Shown here: piece after piece, positions 12,714-24,049 of the stretch
Layout: the number at the start of each line of letters is the position of its first letter
Numbering within the stretch: position 1 is the first letter of the stretch
Origin: Azolla caroliniana
Taxonomy: Eukaryota > Plantae > Polypodiophyta
Direction of reading: 5' to 3'
Length of the DNA stretch: 64,000 bases
NCBI GenBank assembly: GCA_043228905.1
Contig: JBHGNT010000014.1
Span: 20,584,001 to 20,648,000 of the forward strand
Notes under the pieces: model-generated
What the model was told of the DNA's origin: nothing
What the model saw: only the letters and a program-made list of their open reading frames with translations
The model's database searches: none
Program-made: the position numbers and the translations under genes

Positions 12714-15700
12714 CCTCTGCGTTGAACAATGGCCATATCTGTCTACGTTTTCTCCAATGTCTCATCCTCTGCGTTTTCTGCCAAATCTGATTCCCTGCAT
12801 TTTCTGCCAAGTCTGATCCTTTGTGTTTTCTGCCAAGTAGGAATTCCTGGAATCTATACTGTCCCCTCTGCCCTCTACATTCCATACCCTGTACCTGCTT
12901 TCCTAAGACACCATGGAGTCTGAATGGAAACAAAATGAAAATATGGAGCTTGACACACACGAAGAGGGTCCAGATCCATGGAAGACCCCAAGATGATACC
13001 ATAGACGAAAAAGACGGGAAGGAAGCACCCAGAATAGCATTAGAAGGGCGCACAAGGCACCTAGAACACAAGCCCCATTCGACATTCCATTTGATGTCGA
13101 AAATGGGAAACATTATCTATTATGCCATTTGATTGCGCAAGAGATCAATCTTATAACAGAGGATATAGAAAGAGCACTAAAAGAAGAAATAAAAACGGAG
13201 ATAGAGAAATAGAAAACAGAGTTGTATGCCTCTCTCAAGATTGAGTTATTAGAAGAGATGCGGAAAGACATAACAAGCCATGTCAAGAAATCAAACTTAG
13301 AGCTCAAGGATGACATGACACAATACCTTAAGGATGAAATATCCTCCAATAAGGTTGAGTTAGTAGCTATTAAAGTCGATTAGAAAAAGGACAAGAAGCA
13401 GTGGAAAAATGTATCTCTACAGTTAAAGCCAATGTCACAAAGGAAATGCAAACATGGTCAGATATGGCCAAAGATGCCAAAGCTCAAGTTGAGCATGCCC
13501 AAAATGAAATTAAAGCAAATGTTCCTTGAATAGAGGTAGTGAAAAAGCAAAAAGGAACATAAGTGGATAGGATAGAAATGATGAATGCTACATTAGAAGA
13601 AAATACCAAGGTGAACGCTCGTGCATTGCTTGTACGAGTGGTTGGTTGGGCCAAAAAACGAAGCCCACAAGAAGATGCCAAGAACCAAACAAAGATTGAG
13701 GCATCAGATATTCCATTTGCTTCAGCGTGGAGGGTGGGAAGAGATGAGTCTAGAGCTAAAGCCTTTATTATCCGCTTCATGGATATTGACAAGAAAAAAG
13801 CTTTCCTATCTAAAAAAAAGGCACTCAAGGGTGAGAAAATATACGTAGATGACGATCTCACTCCAGCCCAAGTGGCAAAGCGCAAAGAAAACATGCCACA
13901 AGTGTATGATGCAAGAAAGCAAGGAAAATGGGCCGTATATAGAGATGATGAGGTCATTATTACAAAGAAGAGAACCACATGACGATATATGGCCTATGAG
14001 ACCCTACACATGACTATATGGAATTGTAACGGCTCTCTACGGACAGATGTCTGATATTTTGAAGATACCTTTAAAAACACAGATATTGCTATGTATAAAG
14101 AGACCCACCAATGCATGGCTAGCAAACTCCCTGAGGTACAAGGATATAGATGGGAGTCAATATGCGTTCCCAACCTCGAACACCAAGAAGCACTAGAGGT
14201 TAGGGACTAGTGGCTGTGTTATAGAAAAAGGAGCTCCATGATAGAGTGCATGTTGTCCATAAGGACGTAGATGCACGTTACATGTGGATATGAATCAAAA
14301 GAGGGGATCTTAGGAAGCTATATATTGCAATTTGTTACTTTCCACCTTCCTACTCAAGGTTAGCACCCCTCGGCAAATCACCGTATCTACCATAATATGA
14401 TGATATCATAAGATTTGCTACTATGGGGGTCATAATACTATTAGGAGACTTTAATGCACGAACCAAGGATGAACAAACAACTACGTTTGACACCAACGAG
14501 GCTGTTTATGGAGAAGTTATGGCAGAAGAGGTTGGTCTAAAGCGACAAGCTCAAGAGTGCTATAACTGAATATGGCAAACACTTTCTAGCTTTGGGAAGT
14601 GCGCATGGATTTGTGATATATAATGGATTACAATGGCTTGGATCGAATGCTTTGACATGTTGGAACCCAAAAGGAGGTGCAAACACAGTCATTTATCTAA
14701 TGGGATCACCATCTTTTATACCTGAAATAAAAGAGTTCACTATATCAGGTAGACCTATTGGCTTGGCAGCAGATCATGTGTATCTACGCTTCGAGGTAAA
14801 GGATGCATGCACAAGGGATGTATATGCTAAGGAGAGTGGGCTGGCTAAGTATCGATTCACTCACGAGACAATCGATGCGTATAGTTGTGGAGTATACAAT
14901 GGCATGCTAGATTTGGATCCTTTCGCACCCCTTGATGAACTTACCCAAGGATTGTCAAAATCATTGCATAAAGCAGCCACAAATGTCTTTCCTCACACAA
15001 CGACCAATCCCCCAAAACTTGGTAGAGTAATACAAAATAGTCGGTATCATCAGGAATGTCGTGATACAAGGAGATGCTTGCAGCGTGACGTAACCCGGGG
15101 CATTTATACACAAACAAGCGAGAGCAACCTTCCAACACCTCATAAGGAAGAAGAAGAGGTTGTATTTAGCTAAAGTCGAAGATCATTTGTATTGCGTGTT
15201 TCTAGGACAAGAAAGTAAAAGAGCATGGAAAATGTTTAATGAGGCAACCTACCACACAACCGACCTCACCTCAGGTGTGGCATGAATATGCAAAGTTCCT
15301 ATATGGTATTCCAGGGCAACCTCCTCTTCCTCACCCATATGGCTCACGCACACATGAATCAACCTTTTTTACTCCACAAAATGTAAGAAATGTCATTGAT
15401 CAGTTACAATTTGGGAAGGCCCAGGATCATGATGGATTGGTGGGTGCGCACTTTATCTTCGCCCGTGATACCTTGCTCCCATTGGTAGCACACATCTTTA
15501 ATAGAGCCATGTGTAAGGGTTTCCCTCCTAGATGAACTCAGCATACTACTGTGCCAATCCTCAAGAATGGAGCCCCCAAGATGCCAAGCAACTATAGGAT
15601 AACCATGATTGGCCATTACTTGGCTAAACTATATGGCTCAATTCTGATACAAAAAACGAGAACTTGGCCACAACCGAGTCAGATGCGGAATGGGTACAAG

Positions 15701-18700
15701 CAAATACAGAGGGAAACAAAATTGAAAGTACACAAGATATTAACGTGGTTAAAGTACACAAGTCATATTAACCACGGCTGCCCCTAGACACCGAACAAAT
15801 CACTATGACAGAAAAGTACAACAAGACAAACTCACAAGCACTGACCTGAGTTTGTACTCCTCGCCAACAGGCGGTTACAACAGAGATACTCTTGCTCTCT
15901 TCCTCTCTCGCTCTCTCACGTTTCGTCTGTTCTACTGCAGAGGCAACGACCTCGCACGCACTGTACACACAGTTATTCAAATACACACTCAACTAGACAA
16001 TGAACAAGATGACTCAACACCCTTCCCATAAAATTTGCCCTAGATAACTGGCCTAAATAGGCTCAACTCAAAACCTATTTACAATTTCGACCTTCTTTCT
16101 CGATACTCATCCGGACTTCATCCGGTTCCGGATCGGATCCATCTGATCCGTCTCACACTTCTCCGGCTTCCGACCGGGTGTCGCATATTCCTCTATCCTG
16201 AATTCGGCCCATCTCAATGGGACCTAATTCTCAACAAATTCCCCCTTCACTTTGGATGGGTCTTCACCAATCCAACCCGACTCCAACATGCTTCTAGCCT
16301 TTTTGCCGACAACACCTTTGTTAGCATGTCGGATCCGTTCTCCGAGGTGTGGATCTTCTTCAGTGCGAACTCCCCTTCTTCTACCCGCTCTCAGAGCCAG
16401 TGATATCTCTTTTGAGTGTGCTTGGCCCTAGAGTGGTAGGCCACATTCTTTGCTAAGTGGATGGCACTTTGGTTGTCACAATAGAGTCGGAATTCACTTT
16501 GTCAAATTCCCAACTCTCCAACATACTCCTTAATCCATATCAGTTCCGTGTTGACTTCAACAGTTGCCATGTACTCGGCTTCCGTGGTGGACAATGCCAC
16601 AGCCTTTTGCAACCTTGACTGCCACGACACGGCTCCCTCTACACAAGTCATCACGTACCCGGACATGTACCAACTGGTATCGACATCACCCGACATGTCT
16701 GAGTTGGTAAAGCCTTCTAACATGGCGTTACCTGCGCCGAATCGGAGACACATGCTCGACGTGCCTCTCAAGTACCGAAGTATCCATTTCACCGTTGCCC
16801 AATGCTCTTTTCCGGGGTTGCTCATGTATCAATTGACGACTCCGACTGCGTACCCTACATCCGGCCTGGTACATACCATTGCATACATCAAACTTCCGAC
16901 TGCTCAAGAAATATGCATGGCCAAGATTTTGGATCCAATTTTCCCCTTTGATCCTTAACTACATGCACGTAGGCAAGACAACCGAACACCTTCAAGTGTC
17001 GGTACAACGCGTCTTTGCCAGTCCACACCCTTTGTGGAACATCTCCATCCAAGGGTGTTGAGGGTGATCTATTAATCACGTACACTGTTGTCATTAGCGC
17101 CTCAGACCAAAACCTCTTGGACAACTTAGCATGTGCTAGCATACTTCGGACCTCCATAATAGTCCGGTTCATCCTCTAGGCCAGCCCGTTGAGTTCTGGC
17201 GTCTTTGGCACGGAATACTCGAGTCGGATACCCTTCAACCGACGTATTGTTCGAATTGACCTCGGTATTCTCCACCATTGTCGGCTCAAACTACTTTCAG
17301 TTGTCAACCGGTTTCTCGTTCGACTCTCGCATGGAACTCTCTGAAGACCGACAGTACCTAGTCCTTGGTCTTCAGGACGGAAGCCCACAACTTCCGACTA
17401 CAATCATCGATGAAGGTCACAAAATATTGTGGACCAACATGTGACTTGGTGTCTACATAGCATACGTCGATATGCGCGAGTTCCAACAGCATTCTCTTCC
17501 TTGTCGGGGTTCAGGTTTGGAAGGAGGTCTTGTTCTGCTTGCCGGCCAAACAGTCGGTGCACTCCACCAATTGCACATTCTTCACCTCCGGAATGAGGTC
17601 ATCATCGGCAAGTCTCCGCATCCCTTCTCGCTCATGTGACACAACCTTTTGTGTGATTCACCGACAGTGTCAGTTGCCACATTTGCTTCCGACCGACATA
17701 TCCGAGCATGCATTAAGTACAGTGTGCCGGTTTTCTAAGCTCGTGCCACAATTAAGCTCCCTTTGTTGCACTTCAGGACGTCGTTCCGGATGCTACCCAT
17801 GTAGCCTTTGTCATCTAGCCGACCGGCTGATATCAGGTTCAGTCGAACTTCCGGAACGTGTCGGACATCCTTCAATACTAGTCGACACCCAGTCGACGTT
17901 ACCAGGCACACATCTCCTATGCCGACAATTCGGCAAGCTCCTTCATTTCCCATCTTTACGAGACCGTGGTCTCTGGCCTTGTATGATGAGAAGCACTTTC
18001 TGTCGGGGGTTAGGTGGAACGACACCCCTGAATCAACTACCCATGTCGATTCTTTGTCGACAAGGTTCAGTTCATTTTGCTCACTTATGAGCAACAATTC
18101 CTCCTCACTTGTTGCGATAGCCAACGTGCCTTTCAGCTCCGAACTCTTCTTCGTGTCGGCACTGTCGGCTCCCCCTTTCTCTTTTCGGAAGTGTCGGCAA
18201 TTTCTTCTGGAAGTGCCCTGGCTTTCCAAAGTAAAAGCACGTGGGCCTTCCGCTCGACTTCGACCTTGTCCCCGATTTCTCTCGATTGTGGGGACTCCGA
18301 TTACGGCCTCTTCCTCTATGCGTATCACTTTCCGAGACTAGAACCTTCGGGTCGGCAATTGCCTCCTTATCCTTCCAAAGAGCTTCCTCATTCAGCAAGC
18401 TCGACTTTACCTTCTCTAGAGTTAGATGCTTCCCTTCCGATCCGGCAAGTCCTAATGTGACAAGTGTTTCCCAACTATCCGAAAGGGATCCCATCAATAG
18501 GAGTGCTAATACCTTATCAGCTAGAGGTACTTCTAGAGAGGTGGTCTGATTTATGAGTCCTTGGAAGGCATTCAGATGCTCTTCCATACTGGAGCCATCT
18601 TCCTTGGGAGTTACAATAGATCGGGCAACAGCAAATGGTCATGCGCATGATCTCAGCCCTATGGACCACAGTCTCCCCACCCTTATCATCGACAAGTAAA

Positions 18701-21700
18701 GGTGGTTCCCTCGCTTCAGAGATCTCTTCATTCTGGATGAACCCATGTCGGAGATCTTTCAAAGAAAGAAATTACGATCTATCCTACTTGAGAATGTTAC
18801 ATGTACAGAAAATGAGATTCCTTAGTCGTTTTTTTTATTTTGCTTTTATGTAGTTACACTTATTTTGGTTTGTTGATCCCAAAGACGAGACAACATTTCA
18901 ATATGTGATCTCTTGGTTGGTTCTATAGGCCATTTTTTCCTCTTAAAAGACATTATTAAACCTTTCTTTCTGTCTTCTTTCTAAATCCAGAAGTGAGAGA
19001 ATTTGGATTGCTATGTATTTAGCTGTCCACAACGAAGATCATTCCCTTTTTACCTTTTACAGGAGCAACTTCCACGCTGTTTGCTAATACCATGGGAGAT
19101 CAATACTACACATCAGCATAACTATCCAAACTGGAAAAAATCTAGTGTATTGGAGCTTATCTGAGACAATCTACTCAACTATATAATCTAGCTAAACACT
19201 GGCATATCAAAGTTCATTAGAGAAAATCTCCTCAGCTATATAATCTAGCCAAGCAAAGCTGCAATAATAGAACTTCAAAAATGTCGAGATACTAAAAATC
19301 TATAAATTTTTGACATTTGCACAATACATGATAAACCAGATACAAATTCACACCAACTAGCGCAAACTTCATGAAAATAATGTAACACCAATCCAACATA
19401 AAATACTGAAGGAGTTTTCCAAGCCCAGAGCCATATAAAGCATTTCACTGATAAATAATAATGTTGCAAAGTATATGTCAGCATGTGTGTACGTTTTTAT
19501 ATCTTCATTTACCATGCCAAATATAGCTCTGTTTCAGATACACATACCAGTGCATAAATAATTGTACATAAATATAGATGTATGTGTTTTGATATGTTTT
19601 CCATTTCTAAGATGTTTAAAGGAGATATAGCTACAGAACATAATATAACTCAGATTGTTTCCATTGGTTCTGAAATGTTAGCATTTTAGTGCAAAGAACA
19701 TGTCTACGCTTCTCCAAACACTTTAAAAGTTACAGTTGCATAAAATTTTATATAAAAATACTGCATTTATGTCAAGGTAAGTACCTGCATGAAATCGTTG
19801 GCTAACCATGCCATTTCCTCCAAGACAAAGTCCCAATGAGATTTCTTCCATGGTGGTTCTTGGATCAACTTTGGCTTCATCACATCAGTACATTGTTGTA
19901 AAGAAGCCTGTGATTTTGCAGAGGACATAAACTCAATATGAAAATATAAAAAACATATTTGACCAACATATCACACAAACCATTCTCCCACCTTGCTCTT
20001 TTCATCTTCCTCATTAACACTTTTTTCCTTCACAGAAAAAAGAGTATCGTGTACTTCCCTCATATTATCTGATAGCGCTGATGCCCCACTTTTTTCTTGT
20101 ATCAATGTTATGGCCGGCACCCTCGCAGATAAAAAAGCACTACTGTTAACCTGTGGATCTTCAGCAATGGCATTCCCAGAGCTCACATCCCCACCTTCAG
20201 AGCATTTTGGATGATGATTGTGTGCTTCTAAAGGCATTTGCATATCCACTACTTTTTGGTCAGATAATCGTGCTGTTGATGGGCTAGCAACTCGCACAGA
20301 TGTTTCTTCAACTTTGATTTTTACACACTCCACTTCTAGGACCTTTCCAGGGAGCACATCATTATTGACCTTATTATCTGAACTAGAACAAGTAGCTGCA
20401 GTCTTATCAGCAAGAATGGAAGACTTGGAGACAGGCTCTAGACTTACGCCTGTAGGGTTAACTTTTGCATCAAGATTTTGATTTCCCTCGGATACAAGAG
20501 CAGTAACATTCCATCCTGGCTGCAAAATCATGTCAGAATTAGTCAACCCATTTGTCACTTGGTCATTTCCATTAGAATTTCCACCATATTCTGCAATATG
20601 GCTGCCCACTTGGATACAGAGTTTTTTCGAACTTTCTGTTTGTACAATGCTTTCTATTTCTTTTATAGGTTCGCTACATACTTGCTTCTCCTCCTCTACA
20701 GGCAGCAATATAGTTGATTCTAGTTCATGTCCACCTGAGATTTTTGCTTCTGCACTCCATGGAAGTGAAGTTCTAGCCCTTTCTTCTACTGGCAGTTCTA
20801 AAACTGTCTTCCCAGTACTTTCATTGGAGCGGAGTTGAGTTATGGTTTGCAAATCTTTGCTTTGTTCATCGACGTTTGCAGCATCCCCTTTAAGCAAAGA
20901 CTGTGTAGCTTCTGTGGAATTTTCAATATCAATGGTAACTGCTTCCGTTTCTTTTGGACATCCTATAACAGTAAAATCATTAGACTGGAAAGAAATGTCT
21001 TGGGTAGAAACTGGAATTTGCTCCTCTTTAATGGCATCTTTAAGCTTGGCATCATGGAGAAGAGGATCTCTAATTCCAGAAGAGTAATTTGAAGATCCAC
21101 CTTCAACCTCAAGTTTCCCTGAATCCAATACGACAGCGCACCCATTTCCAAAACGGTTACTTCTTTGCCTATTCCTTCTTGCATATTGACCTTTCACAGC
21201 TGTCTTATTGTTCTTGCATATGTCAGATGCTTTTTTTTTATCATGGTCAAGGGAGGAGCTGATACTGGTGGGAAGTGTATTTGCAATTGGATTGATGGTA
21301 GTAGCACACCGGTCAACAAAGAACTTCCCAGTAGAGCTTCGGGCCCTTTTGAACTCTAAACCATCTTCAGGAGAAAAATCTAACTTGTCTTCTCGTGTAA
21401 AGTTGGTAAGTGAATAGCTAAGATTTCCATCACTGGCAAGAGAGTGAAAACAAAGATGCTAAGATTTCCATGCGAAAAAACATATAGCATCACTACAACA
21501 AAAATTCAAAGAGCGGAGTTAAGAAGAACCTAGAAAGCAGATTCTTGCCAAATGAATCTGTTTGGGAAAAAGACCACAGACCAGCAGAGCCCTCCACAAG
21601 TTTAAATTCAAGAGGATCTCCTCCCTTCTCAAATGAAGAATAATATTCTGATCAGCGATTTGCCTAACCATATAACCATGACAAATATCAAGAATGACTT

Positions 21701-21920
21701 CATACCTTCTCCAAAAACTCTAGCTCCCTTCGCCGCTCGTTGCGCCCAGCGAGCTCTTGCCTAAACAAAGCAGAGTATAAAGAAGATTTACAGAATACCA
21801 TTGAAGACACGATCAAGTTTGCTTTAAATACCTGAGCTCAGCTTGAGCCTCCTCAATTGTTGTGCAGGAAGATGATGGTCCATTCTCTATTCCAGCAACA
21901 GCAGCAACTCCTGCACCCAT
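3582..21920 (-). CDS. EAF1: Chromatin modification-related protein EAF1 (NuA4 scaffold; HSA + SANT/Myb domains, Q-rich C-terminus), multi-exon
   Basis: GT-AG exons read EEAQAELR|QELAGRNERRRELEFLEK|GGDPLEFK near 21530-21920, then a large exon at about 19992-21434. The HSA domain is split as KSHWDFVLEEMAWLANDFMQ (19785-19907) | ERLWKVAAAAQVA (ends 12117). SANT reads PWSSIEDQ|AILGLVYELGSNWELVSDIL (9605-9685) | GIFRKPKDCKERH (6681-6812). The terminal Q-rich exon is 3582-5114. Some small internal exon boundaries were not fully resolved. Confidence 0.93.
7330..7945 (+). mobile_element. 3' end of non-LTR retrotransposon (LINE family A) in EAF1 intron, with two successive tail motifs
   Basis: Similar by eye to 18616-18972 and to the reverse complements of 49561-49990 and 51864-52085. 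Ends AGGCCATTTCGGCCTCTTAAAAGAGGTTAAGATATCTTCCTTTC, followed by a second CTCTTAAAAGACATTAATATATCTTTCTTTC at about 7912-7943. Confidence 0.75.
8014..8396. repeat. About 193-bp direct tandem duplication in EAF1 intron
   Basis: GATACATTTGTCTGATCTCACAGAAAATAGGGGTTC...CCCTGTACATGGG occurs at 8014-8203 and 8207-8396. Confidence 0.9.
8400..9060 (-). mobile_element. Degenerate LINE family A ORF2 (RT N-terminal) fragment
   Basis: The minus strand reads IKEFIDTLPHGRAHDGLVAEHFLYA...GVMCEGFPE across frameshifts. This matches VIDQLQFGKAQDHDGLVGAHFIFA...RAMCKGFPP at about 15390-15530. Confidence 0.65.
12652..12710. repeat. (TTTC)n(TC)n compound microsatellite abutting the LINE 5' end
   Basis: Seen directly in the sequence. 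Confidence 0.95.
12711..15644 (+). mobile_element. LINE family A, 5' part: 5'UTR, ORF1, APE endonuclease and start of RT; degenerate; RTEX/CR1-group-like
   Basis: ORF1 C-terminus at 13563-13982 (AWRVGR..AFIIRF..KKALKGEKIYVDDDLTPAQ..RK..GKWAVYR). ORF2 from about 13989 has MTIWNCNG, ETHQ, IAICYFPPS, LLGDFNART, GFVIYNG and ADH (endonuclease), then PILKNGAPKMPSNYRITMIGHYLAKLYGSIL (RT). It stops exactly where a Copia LTR begins. Many stops and frameshifts. Confidence 0.85.
15645..18615 (-). mobile_element. Truncated Ty1/Copia LTR retrotransposon nested in the LINE: 3' LTR 15645-16236, no 5' LTR, RT core deleted
   Basis: LTR bounded by TG...CA, with reverse-complement PPT AATTCCCCCTTCAC at 16237-16250. 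Minus-strand ORFs give gag (EEHLNAFQGLINQ, CFYFGKPGHF), protease (WVVDSGVSFH), integrase (PKTPELNGLA, RFWSEAL, KLDPKSWPCIFL) and RNase H (SNPGKEHW, ALSTTEAEY). Confidence 0.9.
18616..18972 (+). mobile_element. 3' end and tail of LINE family A (probably the same copy as 12711-15644)
   Basis: Similar to 7480-7890. Ends TATAGGCCATTTTTTCCTCTTAAAAGACATTATTAAACCTTTCTTTC. Same strand as the upstream LINE 5' part. Confidence 0.75.
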
Positions 21921-23433
21921 GGAATCTTTCTCTGCATTGACTAGGAGCGCCAAAACCCTGGGTTTACTCCAGGGTACAGGGTTGTAGGAAGGCCTCTCTC
22001 TCTGAGTAACCTGCCATAGTACAGTCTTTTGAAGTAAGAATAGACAGAAAACAGGTGGATAACCCTCTGCATGCCATGGTTATGATGCCAGAGAGTATTA
22101 CCATAACATGTGAAAGAGTCTTAGACCAAAAGACAATAAGATTATCATGACTATTAGCATGAATGGAGCCTGATTCTCTGTGATAAATTTCAGTTATTGT
22201 ATAGTAGTTATTTGTATACTCAAGTTCTTTAATCTTTATGCTATTAATCATAGTCCACAGAAGAGTGTAATGCAATGAAACATATATACATGATTCCTCT
22301 CAATAAAAATCAACCAAACTGCCCAAGAAAAAAAAAGTCTGAGAGAGCTTGCAGAATTTAAGACCGCATACAAATACAAACAATATTCAATCATTTCCTG
22401 CCAAAATGAAAGTCCTGAAACCATGTGATAGACAAGAATAGCCAGAAAGCATTAAGACACAGGTTCCTAGAACATGCACTCAATTGAAATTTCATAATGT
22501 TTAGAACAGCCACAAACCTTCAGATGTAACAGTATGCATCCATCACCATGGCATGATGTGATTATCAACTGGACCATTTCAAAGTACTATAAGTGGATTA
22601 TACTATAGGATGGATCAAAATCAGTATAAGTTACGTTTGATTCCTTTGGAGCTATTGGCCTTAGCCTTAGTGGTCTAATCAAAACTATTACCAGAAGTTA
22701 ATGAATGAAATTTGTTGCAGCTATTTAATTAAACAATTTTTCAAATTCCGGAATTTTTTTCATGGATTGATTACCATGCTCTCTTAAATCAATGCTGATG
22801 ATACATCAGTTGCCAACTTCACAACACCACATATCTTAGTTGTTCTAATTATGGGCATCTAAGAATATATGCTTGATCGCTATTTACACTCTCTTAGCCA
22901 AACAGTGATACATTACTTGCCAAATTCACTCATTTGACACTGGCATAATTTGCATAGCTTGTGATCCAGTATTGTCACAAAATGTATGCATTATGCAATC
23001 ATACAACAATCCATAGCTTTGTAATTATAGATACATAGCTTGATCTCCAAGAGCCACATTTTTTTTACTAAACAATGATGATCATTCCTTCCAAAAAATT
23101 TCAAATGTTAGACTTGTTCACATTTTTCACACGTTATGCTTTGCCTCTGTAGAATAATGTATGCCTTCCTGTACCATATCACAACATTTTACTTATGGGC
23201 AGCCCTTTGATCACCATTGGCATACTCTCTTTATTCAATAATGATGATTGATTAAATACAAAGTTTATATTTTTGGCCCACTTGGCATTTTTTTTATGTT
23301 TTCTTTTGGCAAATTGTATGCCTTGGCTTGCTGTTCTCTAGAAAAAGTGTCGTTTATAGAGAAATTCATACTAGATGAAACTAATTTTAACAACCACCAT
23401 TTCCAAATATAAAGTAGAACTACTTTGCATTAC

Positions 23434-23900
23434 CTTTTAGAAATCCAGAAACATTCGTGAAGACATCTATGTGTCTGTAAAAATCAGTGTATGCAGAAAT
23501 TGCAGATATATTCCCGCTGCGACGTCAATCACAGTTCTTCAATGAGCTGCCTGTTAGGGTGCCTCGCAGAACTTCTTCCACGAAGACGAAATCTTGAAAA
23601 GTAGACACGTATAGAAAAAATAAGCAGGCCCAACGATCGACTGAGAAAACCCTAATCTTCGGAGTTACAGCGAAGGAGAAAGCGCCTTCGAAAAAAACAT
23701 GGAGTCGCGATGGAGACGGATTCGCTCTGCACGCACAGTCGAAACCCTAAACTCAGACCTAGAGCTCTGTTCTGTGAAATCAATTTTTGTTAATTTGTTT
23801 AATTTTTCATTTTTCCTTCTTTTTTTTTTGGGCCCCCGTGGGTCGGGGTCGTCTGCGTTCAAACCTTTTTGTTCTCTGCAGGGAAACCAGACCCAAAAAT
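23434..23900 (-). promoter_or_regulatory. Probable EAF1 promoter and non-coding first exon with telo-boxes and site II elements
   Basis: AAACCCTAA at 23647 and 23742; TGGGCCC at 23829. The sequence is locally CpG-rich, and a minus-strand donor AAAG|GTAATG lies at 23434/23433. Confidence 0.55.
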
Positions 23901-24049
23901 TAAGCCAAACAATTGTCAATAACTCTAATACAACTCTTGAAACAATAACATACAAAATTAGAGTATGTCCTTTAGCGTAGTAAGCAACATGAATTATGAA
24001 TCTTCTAATGATTGATCTCACCTTGGGCATAGTTTTCTCGCTCTCAACT

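Noticed and set aside
17530-18549. Several 100-190 aa plus-strand ORFs
   Set aside because: Antisense shadows of GC-rich Copia gag-pol; the same applies to plus-strand ORFs in 29500-37700.
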